Assembly: GCA_963802355.1 (NCBI GenBank)
Contig: CAWDIV010000001.1
Coordinates: 10,839 to 74,838 of the forward strand
Length of the DNA: 64,000 nucleotides
Reading direction: 5' to 3'
Source of the DNA: an uncultured beta proteobacterium
GTDB lineage: Bacteria; Pseudomonadota; Gammaproteobacteria; Burkholderiales; SG8-41
A program made the translations under genes and the position numbers. Shown here piece by piece: positions 21,333 to 31,441 of this stretch (position 1 is the first letter of the stretch; each line of letters begins with the position of its first letter). The notes under the pieces were generated by a model. That model saw only the letters and a list, made by a program, of their open reading frames with translations. It was not told where the DNA came from and ran no database searches.

Positions 21333-21532
21333 ATGTCGGAGCAGACCGTCAACAAGGCACGTCACATCGAGGTCACGGCGGCGACCTGCCGCTGCATTGC
21401 CCGATGCCGTCGATGATGCTGTGGAACTCGCATCCGCGCGTGTTCCTGCCGATCGAGAAGACCGGCGAAGAGCTATGCCCGTATTGCGGCACGCGGTATA
21501 CGCTCAAAGGCGGGCCAAAGGCGGGACACTAG
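21333..21532 (+). CDS. Small zinc-finger protein (CPYCG type); 1 frameshift
   Basis: MSEQTVNKARHIEVTA.. continues in another frame as PMPSMMLWNSHPRVFLPIEKTGEELCPYCGTRYTLKGGP. The span is 200 nt, not a multiple of 3. Confidence 0.6.
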
Positions 21533-21538
21533 TCCCGC

Positions 21539-21699
21539 GAAGGCACAAGGCACAAGGATGAAGGCAAAAGGTAACAGCATTCCGGTTACCTCGAGCCTCG
21601 CCTTCCAGCCTGATGGATTTCTGCAGAGAGGTGATCTGCCGCGCAACGCGGTGCCGTTTTTCGCCCTTTTGCCTTTTGCCTTTTGCCTTTTGCCTTCAT
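21539..21699. repeat. Heptamer-arm hairpin element (GGCACAA/GGCAAAA/GGATGAA family)
   Basis: Left arm GAAGGCACAAGGCACAAGGATGAAGGCAAAAGG. Right arm CCCTTTTGCCTTTTGCCTTTTGCCTTTTGCCTTCAT, which ends in the waaF ATG. Confidence 0.85.
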
Positions 21700-22740
21700 G
21701 AAGATCCTGGTCGTGGGTCCTTCCTGGATCGGCGACACGCGTCCTCGCGCAGCCGCTGTTCAGGATGCTGCACGCCCGCCACGCCTCCCTCGCGCTCGAT
21801 GTACTGGCGCCGCCTGGACGCTGCCTCTCCTCGAGCGCATGCCGGAGGTGCGGCACGCGATCGAAAATCCGGTCGGCCACGGCGAACTGCGGCTTGCTGA
21901 GCGGCGGCGGATCGCGCGCGAGCTCGCGCAAGGACGCTACGAGCAGCGCGTTCGTCCTGCCCAATTCCTTCAAGTCCGCGCTCATTCCCTTGCTCGCGGG
22001 CATCCGCGTGCGGACCGGCTACCTCGGGGAGCTGCGCTGGGGCCTGCTGAACGATGCGCGCCGGCTGGACGAGACAGCGGCTGCCGCAGATCGCCCAGCG
22101 TTATGCCGCGCTGGCGCTCGCTCGCGGCGAATGCGCTGCGAGCCCCGCCTGCCCGCTGCCCGGCGTTGCGCGTGGACGAGACACAGCGGCGCGCAACGCT
22201 TGCGCGGCTCGAGCTCGGCACGCAGACCGCCCAGTGGCGGCGTTGTGTCCGGGGGCGGAATACGGGCCGGCAAAGCGCTGGCCGGCGCGTCTATTTCGCA
22301 GCGCTCGCGCGGCGGCTCGCGAGCCAGGGCTTCGCCGTCTGGCTGGTCGGCTCCGCCAACGATGCGGCGACCGGCGCCGAGATCGACGCGCCTGCGTCCG
22401 GGCGCAGTGCCGCGATCTCTGCGGGCGCACCACCTCGCCGAGGCGATCGATGTGCTCGCCTCGGCGCGGCTCGTCGTGAGCAACGATTCCGGCCTCATGC
22501 ACGTGGCGGCGGCGCTCGGAAAGCCGCTCGTCGCGCTTTACGGCTCGAGCAGCCCGGCCTTTACCCCGCCGCTCGTCGCCGGAGGCCCGCATTCTGAAGC
22601 TCGATCTGCCGTGCAGCCCCTGCTTCAAGCGCGAGTGTCCGCTCGGCCACTTCAAGTGCATGGTGGACCTCACGCCCGAGCATGTCGTTGCGGCCATCGA
22701 GTCTGCTCGTGCCGTTCCGACTACCCATGTCACACCATGA
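21698..22740 (+). CDS. waaF: ADP-heptose:LPS heptosyltransferase II; several frameshifts
   Basis: [14 protein letters not shown].., [64 protein letters not shown] and [15 protein letters not shown] are recovered from different frames. Confidence 0.85.
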
Positions 22741-22763
22741 GAGAGCCTGCCCGTGTCCGGCAG

Positions 22764-23358
22764 GTGGACCCGACGGATTCTGGAAAAAAAGTCGGAACGG
22801 CACTAGAATCGCCTGACCTCAGCCTGTTTGTCAGAACCACACCCGACAAACTCTTCGCCCGTGTCCCGAAAGTCCTCGCGTACAAGAAGACACTGTTCCC
22901 GACTCCGCAGGACGCCGAGGCGGCATTCTACGAGGCGCTCACCAAGTGCGACCTGGAAGCGATGATGGCGGTGTGGGCCGACGACGACGACGTCTATTGC
23001 GTGCATCCGAACGGCGCGCGCATGACCGGCGTGGAGCAGGTGCGCGAATCGTGGCGGCAGATCTTCGCGAGCGGCCAGCGCCTGTCGTTCCGGCTGCGCG
23101 AGAGCCAGCAGTACGTGACAGGGAATGATGCTCTCCGTGCACAGCGTCTACGAGCATATCGCGGTCGTCGGCGAGCCGCGCGCGCGCGCGCCGGTCATCG
23201 CGACGAACATCTTCCTGCGCACCGAGCGCGGCTGGCGCATGGTCGCGCATCACGCTTCGCCGGCGCCTGTCGCGAGCGGTGCCGAGCGGCGCCGCGGCGG
23301 CCGCGCCCCCGAAGACGCTGCATTGATTTTCTGGCAGATGGTGACTGGTGATTCGTGA
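22764..23358 (+). CDS. NTF2-like (SnoaL/DUF4440-type) protein; 1 frameshift near 23125
   Basis: PQDAEAAFYEALTKCDLEAMMAVWADDDDVYCVHPNGARMTGVEQVRESWRQIF continues in ORF 23125..23358 (..ATNIFLRTERGWRMVAHHASP). The start is uncertain. Confidence 0.6.
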
Positions 23359-23447
23359 AAACCCGGAGTCAATGGAACGTGATCTGCCCTTTCTACCTAG
23401 CCCCTGGTCTCGAGCCCTGAATCTTGACCAACCTGAAGAGGAAGCAA

Positions 23448-24964
23448 ATGAGCACCACCGATTTCGGTAAACCTGACATCATCGTCGTCGGCGCGGGCAA
23501 CGCTGCCTGCTGCGCGGCGCTGGCCGCGCGCGAGAACGGCGCGAGCGTCATCATGCTCGAAGCGGCGCCGCTCGACGAATGCGGCGGCAACAGCCGCTAC
23601 ACCGCGCGGCTTGATGCGCGTGGTGTACAACGGCGTCGACGACCTGGCGCAGCTCATTCCCGACCTGACCGAGGAGGAGAAGAAGACCCACGATTTCGGC
23701 TCCTACACCGCCGAGGCACTACTACGACGACATGGGACGCATCACGCAGTACCGCACCGACCCCGATCTGTGCGAGATCCTGATCTCGCGCAGCTTCGAG
23801 ACCCTGGTGTGGCTGCGCAAGAAGGGCGTCAAATTCCAGGCGAGCTACGGCCGCCAGTCGTACAAGATCGACGACGGCAAGCGCTTCAAGTTCTGGGGCG
23901 GGCTTGCGGCCGAGACCTGGGGCGGGGGCGCGGGCCTGATCGATAACGAGCACAAGGCGTGCGGGCGCGAAGGCATCAGGATCTTCTACGAGACGCCGGC
24001 CATCGGCCTCATCACCGACGACGACGGCGTCGGTGCTCGGCGTGCGCGCAAAGCACGAGGGCAAGAACGTCGAGATCCGCAGCAAAGCGGTGGTGCTCGC
24101 GTGCGGCGGATTCGAATCGAACGCCGAGATGCGCGCGCGCTACCTCGGACCCGGGCTGGGACCTCGCCAAGGTGCGCGGCACGCGCTACAACACCGGGCT
24201 CGGCATCAAGATGGCGCTCGACGATCGGCGCGATGCCCTACGGCCACTGGTCGGGCTGCCACGCGGTGGGCTGGGACCGGAACGCGCCGCCATTCGGCGA
24301 CCTCGACGGTCGGCGACAGCTTCCAGAAGCACAGCTATCCCTGGGGCATCATGGTCAACGCGCGCGGCGAGCGCTTCGTGGACGAAGGCGCGGACTTCCG
24401 CAACTACACCTACGCGAAATACGGCCGCGTGGTGCTGGAGCAGCCCGGCATGTTCGCGTGGCAGATCTTCGACCAGAAGATCATCCCCATGCTGCGCGAC
24501 GAGTACCGCATCAAGCAGGTGACGAAGGTCAGCGCCGACACGCTGGAGGAGCTCGTGAAGAAGACTCGATGGCGTGGACGCGGAGCCTGCCTGCGCGAGA
24601 TCCGCGAGTACAACAAGGCGGTGCAGCACCGACAAGCCCGTTCAACATGGCGATCAAGGACGGACGCTGCACCACGGGCTTGAAGATCAACAAGACGAAC
24701 TGGGCGAACACCATCGAGGAGCCGCCGTTCGAGGGCTACGCAGTCACCTGCGGCGTCACCTTCAGCTTCGGCGGCGTGAAGATCACGCAACGACGGCGAA
24801 GTCGCAGGACACGGCCGGCAAACCCGATACCCGGGCTCTACGCCGCCGGCGAGCTGGTGGGCGGCATCTTCTATCACAACTACCCGGGCGGCACCGGCCT
24901 CACCTCCGGCGCGGTGTTCGGCAAGCTCGCCGGCACGGGCGCGGCGGCATACGTCAAGGGCTGA
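23448..24964 (+). CDS. tcuA: FAD-dependent tricarballylate dehydrogenase TcuA-like flavoprotein; many frameshifts
   Basis: The dinucleotide-binding N-terminus DIIVVGAGNAACCAALAARENGASVIMLE, then YTAEYYDDMGRITQYRTDP, AVVLACGGFESNAEMRARYLGPGWDL and GLYAAGELVGGIFYHNYPGGTGL are scattered over three frames. Confidence 0.75.
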
Positions 24965-24977
24965 CCCTCACGGCGGA

Positions 24978-26081
24978 GTGACCGCTGACCAGCTGGCCGG
25001 TGACTCGTTACTCCGCCTCGGCGCCGGCTACCCGCGCCGTGGTGGCTGCCGCGGCGGGCACGCGCAGACCATCTACGCCTCATTCTTTGCGCCGCGCCCC
25101 GCGGTCGCGTTACCGCCGCGAGCGTTGGGAAACGCCGGACGGCGATTTCATCGAACTCGACTGGTAGTCGAGATCGGGCGCTCGACGCGTCCCGTGTCGA
25201 CTAACGCGCCGCGAGCGGCGCGATCAGGATCCAGTGCCGCAGAACCGAGCCACAGAGAACGGCCCACTCGTTGCACTGTTCCACGGGCTGGAGGGAAGCT
25301 CACGCAGTCACTACGCGCTGGCACTCATGGCGGCCGTGAGGGATGCCGGCTGGCGCGGCGTCGTGGTCCACTTTCGCAGCTGCGGCGGAGAACCCAACCG
25401 GCTGCCGCGCTTCTATCATTCCGGCGACTGCGCGGAGATAGACTGGATCAGTGCGGCGGCTGCGCGGCGAAGCCCTGCGCACGCTATTCGCCGCGGGCGT
25501 TTCGCTCGGCGGCAACGCGCTGCTCAAGTGGCTTGGGCGAAACCGGCGCTTCCGCGGGCACCATCGTGAAACGAGCGGCAGCGGTGTCAGCGCCGGTCGA
25601 TCTGATGGCGGCGGGTGACGCTCTCGGACAAGGCTTCAATCTGTCTCTACGCACGCCATTTCCTCGCCACCCTGAATCCCAAGGCGCTCGAGAAGCCGCG
25701 CAGCATCCCGGCCTGTTCGATGCTGCGCGCGTGCGCTCGGCGCGCACGCTGCGCGAGTTCGACGACGTGGTTACCGCGCCGCTGCACGGATTTACCGGCG
25801 TGGACGACTACTGGACACGCGCGAGCAGCAAGCCATGGCTCTCGCGTATCGCTGTTCCGACACTCATGATCAACGCGCGCAACGATCCGTTCCTGCCATG
25901 CAGCGCCCTTCCGGCCCCGCATGAAGTTGCTCCAGCCGTAACGCTGGAGCAACCCGAGGCGGGCGGTCATGTGGGATTCGTGAGCGGGACGTTTCCGGGC
26001 AATCTGGGATGGATGCCGCGGCGCATCCTTAATTTTCTCGGCGCAATTTTCTCGGCGCCCCTGGCATCGAGGGATAGGTAA
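24978..26081 (+). CDS. Alpha/beta hydrolase (YheT-like); several frameshifts
   Basis: GGHAQTIY, LVALFHGLEGSSRSHYA, AGVSLGGNALLKWLGE (nucleophile elbow GxSxG) and PTLMINARNDPFLP..GGHVGF occur in different frames. Confidence 0.7.
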   Translation: MTADQLAGDSLLRLGAGYPRRGGCRGGHAQTIYASFFAPRPAVALPPRALGNAGRRFHRTRLVVEIGRSTRPVSTNAPRAARSGSSAAEPSHRERPTRCTVPRAGGKLTQSLRAGTHGGREGCRLARRRGPLSQLRRRTQPAAALLSFRRLRGDRLDQCGGCAAKPCARYSPRAFRSAATRCSSGLGETGASAGTIVKRAAAVSAPVDLMAAGDALGQGFNLSLRTPFPRHPESQGAREAAQHPGLFDAARVRSARTLREFDDVVTAPLHGFTGVDDYWTRASSKPWLSRIAVPTLMINARNDPFLPCSALPAPHEVAPAVTLEQPEAGGHVGFVSGTFPGNLGWMPRRILNFLGAIFSAPLASRDR

Positions 26082-26179
26082 ACGACATACCAGTACGCCG
26101 AGAAAATTAACCGCATGCGCGAGGCGCATGCGTGAGACAGTCAGATCGCATCCACAGGGGAAGAGATATAAGAAAAGAA

Positions 26180-26209
26180 GCCAGGCTCAAAGCCTGGCCC
26201 CCTTTTTTG
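26180..26209. terminator. Bidirectional Rho-independent terminator between convergent genes
   Basis: GCCAGGC-TCAAA-GCCTGGC stem-loop, followed by CCCCCTTTTTT on plus and preceded by AAGAAAAGAA (a T-run on minus). Confidence 0.75.
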
Positions 26210-26221
26210 GACCTTCCTTTT

Positions 26222-26971
26222 TCAGACCTTCCCTGAGCCGTCGGTCGGTCGTCCGCGGCGGCGCCGCAACAGCAACAAGCCGGGCATCCCAGCGAGTAAG
26301 AGCAGCAGCGTAGCCGGCGCCGGAACCACTTGAGCAGGGGTGATAAACAGGGGCAAAGAAAAGGCGACCGGTGTCACTGGATTCGGGACGACGTTTTCCG
26401 AAGGGCCGTCACCGTCGGGGACGATCACGGGGCTACCCGAATCGGTCGGAGTTGGACCAGGCGCGGGATTCTCGCTGAGAATAAAGGGTTGATCGGCAAT
26501 CGGGAGCGACGCGCCGCTCGGCGAAGTTGTGCCCGATCTGTTAAAGGCGCCGCCGCCGTTGACCGACGCGGCGCTGGACCCGAATGACTGCGCGCCGATC
26601 GAGCCGAGTGATGCGTCGTTCAGCGCCAGGAGACCGGCCGGCAGGCCATTTCCCGTGGCGTCCGCTGCCGCAGATCCGGCCCCGGGGGATCCATCGACGT
26701 CGGACGCCGCATCGACCAGCAACAGTTCCGTGCTCAAACCGAAGTCTGAGGCCGATCCGGCCGAGGCAGTATCGCCGGGAGAACTGATGTTCACCGCAGG
26801 CTGGTCAGGCGTAGCGCTCAGAACTCCGCTCAGGCCAACCAACTCGCCAAAACTGGGGCTTATACCCGAGAGGACAATGGCCAACGTGCCCGGCGAGATA
26901 CCGACGGATATCACGCCGACAAAGGCGCTTAATATTGCGCCGCGGACGACTTTCGACGGTGATCGGGCCAT
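26222..26971 (-). CDS. PEP-CTERM sorting domain protein
   Basis: C-terminus VPAPATLLLLLAGMPGLLLLRRRRG. N-terminal signal-like MARSPSKVVRGAILSAFVGVISVG. ATG 26971 is preceded by AAGGAGAGG. Confidence 0.85.
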   Translation of the reverse strand: MARSPSKVVRGAILSAFVGVISVGISPGTLAIVLSGISPSFGELVGLSGVLSATPDQPAVNISSPGDTASAGSASDFGLSTELLLVDAASDVDGSPGAGSAAADATGNGLPAGLLALNDASLGSIGAQSFGSSAASVNGGGAFNRSGTTSPSGASLPIADQPFILSENPAPGPTPTDSGSPVIVPDGDGPSENVVPNPVTPVAFSLPLFITPAQVVPAPATLLLLLAGMPGLLLLRRRRGRPTDGSGKV

Positions 26972-27049
26972 ACAACCTCTCCTTGAAAACAAAGAGTGTT
27001 CCTGACCCTCCCCTTCATCCGATAGATTGGATGAAACCTGTCAACATCC

Positions 27050-27068
27050 TAGCAAGAAAAGGGCCAGA
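27050..27068 (-). promoter_or_regulatory. Candidate sigma-54 (-24/-12) promoter for the PEP-CTERM gene
   Basis: The minus strand reads CTGGCCCTTTTCTTGCT (GG-N10-GC; consensus TGGCAC-N5-TTGC), about 60 nt upstream of the start region. Confidence 0.6.
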
Positions 27069-27139
27069 AAAATATATCTAAAATAATCATGCACTTAACT
27101 CTCAAAAGCCACGCCGCTCAAGTGGCGGCTGAAATCCAG

Positions 27140-27257
27140 TGTAAGATTTTTCGACAATTTTTCTTCGCTGGCGTGTCGCTGAGTAACTACAACATCAGAG
27201 TTTATCATTTAAATACAATATGTTATACGTTGCAGTGGGTGTAAGATTTCCCGACAA
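27140..27257 (-). promoter_or_regulatory. Two copies of an 18-nt conserved box (TGTAAGATTT(T/C)(T/C)CGACAA on plus), candidate enhancer sites
   Basis: Copies at 27140-27157 and 27240-27257. The same box occurs upstream of the other two PEP-CTERM genes (51664-51681, 62459-62476). Confidence 0.6.
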
Positions 27258-27323
27258 GGAAGTTTGCCCTCATCCGCCGCGGAGCGGGCTGTAGGCCTTG
27301 TTCATCATCCTGGAGTCTACAAC

Positions 27324-28700
27324 GTGTTTACGCTGCCTGGAGAAATTTTCAAGGCCTACGATGTTCGCGGCATAGTCGGCCGCACATTGACGCCGGAGAT
27401 CGTCGAGCAGATCGGCCGGGCGATCGGGTCGGAAGCGCTCGCGCGAGGCGGCGCGAAAATCGCCATCGGCTATGACGGCCGGCTGTCCGGCCCGAGGCTG
27501 GCCGCAGCCCTTGCCCGGGGCATACAAGCAACCGGCATCGATGTGATCGACGTCGGGCGCGTCACGACGCCGATGGTGTACTTCGCCGCGCAGCATTTGA
27601 AGACCGGCTCGGGCGTTGCCGTCACCGGCAGCCACAATCCGCCCGACTACAACGGGCTGAAGATCGTAGTCTGCGGTGAGACGCTCTCCGGCGAAGGAAT
27701 ACAGAAGCTGCGCCTCCGTATCGAGAACGGGGACCTCGCGCAAGGCGCGGGCAGCTTCGAGCGGCAAGATATTACCCGCGCTTACCTCGACCGCGTCATC
27801 GGCGATATCAAGCTCGCGCGGCCCATGAAGCTCGTCGTCGACTGCGGGAACGGCGTGCCGGGCGCATTCGCACCGGTGCTGTACCGCGGACTGGGATGCG
27901 AAGTCTTCGAGTTGTTCTGCGAGGTGGACGGCAACTTTCCCAATCACCATCCCGACCCGTCCCAGCCCGACAACCTGCGCGACGTCATGGCCGCCCTGCG
28001 CGAAGGAAAGGGAGAGCTGGGGTTCGCCTTCGACGGCGACGGCGATCGCCTCGGTGTCGTGACGCGTAACGGCAGGATCATCTATCCCGACCGCTTACTG
28101 ATGCTGTTCGCTGCCGATGTGCTGAAACGCCAGCCCGGGGCCGGCATCATCTTCGACATCAAGTCAACGCGCAACCTCGCGCCGTGGGTCAAGCAGCACG
28201 GCGGAACGCCCATCCTCTGGAAGACGGGGCATTCCCTCATCAAGAAAAAGCTCCAGGAAACCGGCGCGGCGCTTGCCGGAGAGATGAGCGGGCATTTCTT
28301 TTTCCGCGAGCGCTGGTACGGCTTCGATGACGCGCTGTATGCAGGTGCGCGGCTGCTCGAGATTCTCTCGCGAGAGAGCGATCCCGGCGCCGTGCTCGAA
28401 GCGCTGCCGGACGCGCTCAGCACGCCCGAGCTGCACATGAAGCTCACCGAGGGCGAGAACTACGCGCTGATCGACAAGCTGCGGCAGACAGCGAAGTTCG
28501 ACGGCGCGCGCGAAGTGATCACGATCGATGGTTTGCGGGTCGAATACCCGGACGGCTTCGGGCTGGCGCGGTCTTCCAATACGACACCGGTAGTCGTGCT
28601 GCGCTTCGAGGCGGATGACGAAGCGGCGTTGAAGCGTATCCAGGAAGATTTCCGGCGGGCGATTCTGGCTGTCAAGAAGGACGCAGCGCTGCCGTTCTAA
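27324..28700 (+). CDS. Phosphomannomutase/phosphoglucomutase (AlgC/ManB type)
   Basis: IFKAYDVRGIVG, active-site TGSHNPPDYNGLKI, FAFDGDGDRLGVV, GEMSGHFFF. Intact. The GTG 27324 start lies within ORF 27264..28700. Confidence 0.92.
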   Translation: MFTLPGEIFKAYDVRGIVGRTLTPEIVEQIGRAIGSEALARGGAKIAIGYDGRLSGPRLAAALARGIQATGIDVIDVGRVTTPMVYFAAQHLKTGSGVAVTGSHNPPDYNGLKIVVCGETLSGEGIQKLRLRIENGDLAQGAGSFERQDITRAYLDRVIGDIKLARPMKLVVDCGNGVPGAFAPVLYRGLGCEVFELFCEVDGNFPNHHPDPSQPDNLRDVMAALREGKGELGFAFDGDGDRLGVVTRNGRIIYPDRLLMLFAADVLKRQPGAGIIFDIKSTRNLAPWVKQHGGTPILWKTGHSLIKKKLQETGAALAGEMSGHFFFRERWYGFDDALYAGARLLEILSRESDPGAVLEALPDALSTPELHMKLTEGENYALIDKLRQTAKFDGAREVITIDGLRVEYPDGFGLARSSNTTPVVVLRFEADDEAALKRIQEDFRRAILAVKKDAALPF

Positions 28701-28767
28701 AGGCAGAAGGCAAAAGGCAAAAGTCTTATCAGAAAACCTTATGCCTTTTCCCTTGTGCCTTGTGCCT
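28700..28767. repeat. Heptamer-arm hairpin (GGCAAAA/GGCACAA family) acting as a convergent-gene terminator-like element
   Basis: AAGGCAGAAGGCAAAAGGCAAAAG ... CTTATGCCTTTTCCCTTGTGCCTTGTGCCT. The same heptamers occur at 21539-21699. Confidence 0.85.
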
Positions 28768-28772
28768 CTGGG

Positions 28773-29747
28773 TCAAGGCTTGCCCACCAGCCCTGCGTCT
28801 TTCATGAACTGCGCCATCTCGGGCTGGCGCTCCGCGAGATAGCGGGCGAAGGCAGCTCCGTTCAGGTACGTGTTCTCGAGCAGGCTGCGCGTAGCGTAGT
28901 CGGTCCAGACCGCGCTCCGGTGGACCTTTTCCAGCATCGCCTCGAGCACCGCAGCCGATTCCTTCGGGATGCCCGCGGGCGTCGCAAACCCGCGCCGCAC
29001 GCCGGATAGCAGGTCGAGCCCCTGCTCGCGTAAAGTCGGTATGGTGGGCGCGACGGCGAGACGTTTCTCGGCCGGCACGCCGAGCACACGCATTTTCTTC
29101 GCTTCCACGTGGCCCATGACCTCGCTCAGGTTCTCGGTCGTCGCATGGATGTGCCCGCCAAGCACCGAGAGCACCGCCTGCGAGCCCTTCATCGAGACCG
29201 TCTTGAAGCGCACCCCGGTGGCTTTTTCCAGTCGGTAGGCCAGGTAATGCCCGGTGCCGCCGAACGAGCCGAACCCGATTATGACGGAGCTGGGCTCGCG
29301 CTTCGCCGCCTCAACGAGGTCTGCGACTGTCGCATACGGGGAGTCCGCCCGCACCGTGAGCGCGTTCAAGTCCAGGCCGAGAGACGCGAGAGGAGTGAAC
29401 TTGTCGAGCCCGATGTCCAGGCCGCTGCGCAGCGGCGCAGTGAGCAGGACTGTGCTCGGAACGGCAAGCAGCGTGTGGGGATCGCCGCGTTTCGCCGCGA
29501 CGTAGCTGAACGCGATCGTGCCGCCGCCGCCGGCCTTGTTGGATACGACGAGCGGTTGAGGCAGCAGCTTTTCCTTCGTAATGACCTCGGCGACCGTCCT
29601 CGCAAAGAGGTCGCCGCCGCCACCCGCCGCCGTATGCACGACGAGCTCGACCGGCCGGGAGGGGTAAGCCTGCGCCCAGGCGCAGCCGGCGCCTGCCAGG
29701 GCGAGCGCCGCCGCCAGCCATCGGCCCCGGCGGCGTGCCCGCCTCAA
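28773..29747 (-). CDS. Tripartite tricarboxylate transporter substrate-binding protein (Bug/TctC family)
   Basis: Signal peptide, then AYPSRPVELVVHTAAGGGGDLFAR..NKAGGGGTIAF..GFGSFGGTGH, typical of the Bug family. Intact. Confidence 0.88.
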   Translation of the reverse strand: MRRARRRGRWLAAALALAGAGCAWAQAYPSRPVELVVHTAAGGGGDLFARTVAEVITKEKLLPQPLVVSNKAGGGGTIAFSYVAAKRGDPHTLLAVPSTVLLTAPLRSGLDIGLDKFTPLASLGLDLNALTVRADSPYATVADLVEAAKREPSSVIIGFGSFGGTGHYLAYRLEKATGVRFKTVSMKGSQAVLSVLGGHIHATTENLSEVMGHVEAKKMRVLGVPAEKRLAVAPTIPTLREQGLDLLSGVRRGFATPAGIPKESAAVLEAMLEKVHRSAVWTDYATRSLLENTYLNGAAFARYLAERQPEMAQFMKDAGLVGKP

Positions 29748-29758
29748 GTGAGTCCGGC

Positions 29759-31432
29759 TCAGGGACGGACCCGGGTGGCAAGCTCGAGCGGCGCGAGACT
29801 GCTGCGCGGCGCGGTCTGTTCGACGATCGCCACGAGATCGCGGAAAACGCCGGTCGAGCCGTGGCCGGCGGCGAAACGCTCGATATCGAGGTTGTGCTGC
29901 CGGACGCCTCGCACGAGCTCGATGTGCCCCTGGCTAGCCTTCTTCGGCAGGGGATCGCGCCCGGGACTCCAGATGTCCGTCACGAATCCAAGCTTGGCGT
30001 CCGGAATATAGGCGATCAGCGTTCCGGTCGAGTGCGAATGCTCGATGTAGTAGGCGCCGACCTGGCGTTTGCCGTCCGAGATGATGTGCTTGTCCGCGAC
30101 CTCGATAATGGTGGCCTTGCGCGGCTTCGCCGAGAGCTCGTCGGGAATTGCGGTGTGCTTCGCGCTGAACATCCGCGCGAAATGGTCCTTGCTACCCTTG
30201 CCGACGATCACCGTCGCGCCTTCCGCCACGAAGGTGCGCGCGCCATTGGCGTGATCCCAGTGGTGGTGCGACATGATGAGATACCTGACCGGCTTTTTGT
30301 ACTTCGCCTTGGCGGCATCGATGGCCCAGCGCGACTGCATTTCGCTGATCGGCGCGTCGTAGGCGATGAGATACTTGTTCATCTCCACGAACATGTTGTT
30401 GTGGGAGCCACCCTGGCTCATGCTCACCCCCGGCGCGATGTCCACCAGCGTGAGGCCCGATGATTTTTCGGGATCGAACGACAGCTCGTCGGTGTCCCGG
30501 AACGCGCCCCACAGCACGCGGCGCTCGACCCACTGGTACGGCACGTGACCCATCGCAGGCAGGATGCGCCGCGCCCGGGCTTCGGGGGAGATGGCGAATC
30601 GCTCGGCCGGGATGGCGGCGTTGACGGCAACCTTGCTGACGTCGGCCTTGCCCGTCGGCTTGCCATCGAGCTCCCATGCGAGCTGGTGTGCGAATTGCAC
30701 GCCGTTCACCGGCCGCCAGTCGGACAGGATGAGATCGTAGTTGAGGTCGCCCCGGATGGGCTCGGTATCGAGGCTTCTGACCCGCGCCGGCAGGCCGGTC
30801 GCAGGGTCGAACATCACCGTGAAAGTATAGCGGCTCACGTCATAGCGGACCGCAGGGAGCTTTTTGCCACCCACCGTCTGATCGGGCAGCGCGGTCAAAG
30901 CCTTCGGGTCCGATTTCATGTCCAGCACGAGCAGGGGCGAAGCGCGCTGCTGCTCGCGCAGGAAGCTCGCGAGCCGGATGCCCGACATCGTATGCTGGTT
31001 CGTCTTGAGGCTTTGCGGCGTGCGATTGTTGACGCCGGTGTTGACGCCGTCGACGATGCCCACGCCGTCGGAGTAGATCTCGCTGTACTTGAAGTTGACG
31101 CCGCCCCCGCCGACCTTGGTCCGGTCCCAATCCACCCGCGCGGCCTTCGACCCGAAATCGCGGGCGATCACGATATTCGAGTCGCCCGTGGGACGGGCGT
31201 CTCCACCGGCTTGGTAGTTCGACTGCGGTTCCCAATGCTGCGCGCGTACGGTCATGACGACCGTCTTGACCTGGCGCACCGCGTTTTCCCCGCCCATCGC
31301 CTCGACTGCGCGATTCACGGTATCGAGCGCCTTGTTCGAGGCGCCCGAGGCCGCAACGCAAGTGAAGCCAGATATCAGGATCAGTACAGCTCTCAAGAAC
31401 ATTGCCATCGCATCCTCCCTCTTCCGTCTCAA
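29759..31432 (-). CDS. Secreted MBL-fold metallo-hydrolase with a roughly 250-aa N-terminal beta-rich domain (paralog 1)
   Basis: HxHxDH motif LIMSHHHWDHANGARTF. Signal peptide. Full-length similarity to 32295..33881. Confidence 0.8.
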   Translation of the reverse strand: MRRKREDAMAMFLRAVLILISGFTCVAASGASNKALDTVNRAVEAMGGENAVRQVKTVVMTVRAQHWEPQSNYQAGGDARPTGDSNIVIARDFGSKAARVDWDRTKVGGGGVNFKYSEIYSDGVGIVDGVNTGVNNRTPQSLKTNQHTMSGIRLASFLREQQRASPLLVLDMKSDPKALTALPDQTVGGKKLPAVRYDVSRYTFTVMFDPATGLPARVRSLDTEPIRGDLNYDLILSDWRPVNGVQFAHQLAWELDGKPTGKADVSKVAVNAAIPAERFAISPEARARRILPAMGHVPYQWVERRVLWGAFRDTDELSFDPEKSSGLTLVDIAPGVSMSQGGSHNNMFVEMNKYLIAYDAPISEMQSRWAIDAAKAKYKKPVRYLIMSHHHWDHANGARTFVAEGATVIVGKGSKDHFARMFSAKHTAIPDELSAKPRKATIIEVADKHIISDGKRQVGAYYIEHSHSTGTLIAYIPDAKLGFVTDIWSPGRDPLPKKASQGHIELVRGVRQHNLDIERFAAGHGSTGVFRDLVAIVEQTAPRSSLAPLELATRVRP

Positions 31433-31441
31433 TCTGGATTA

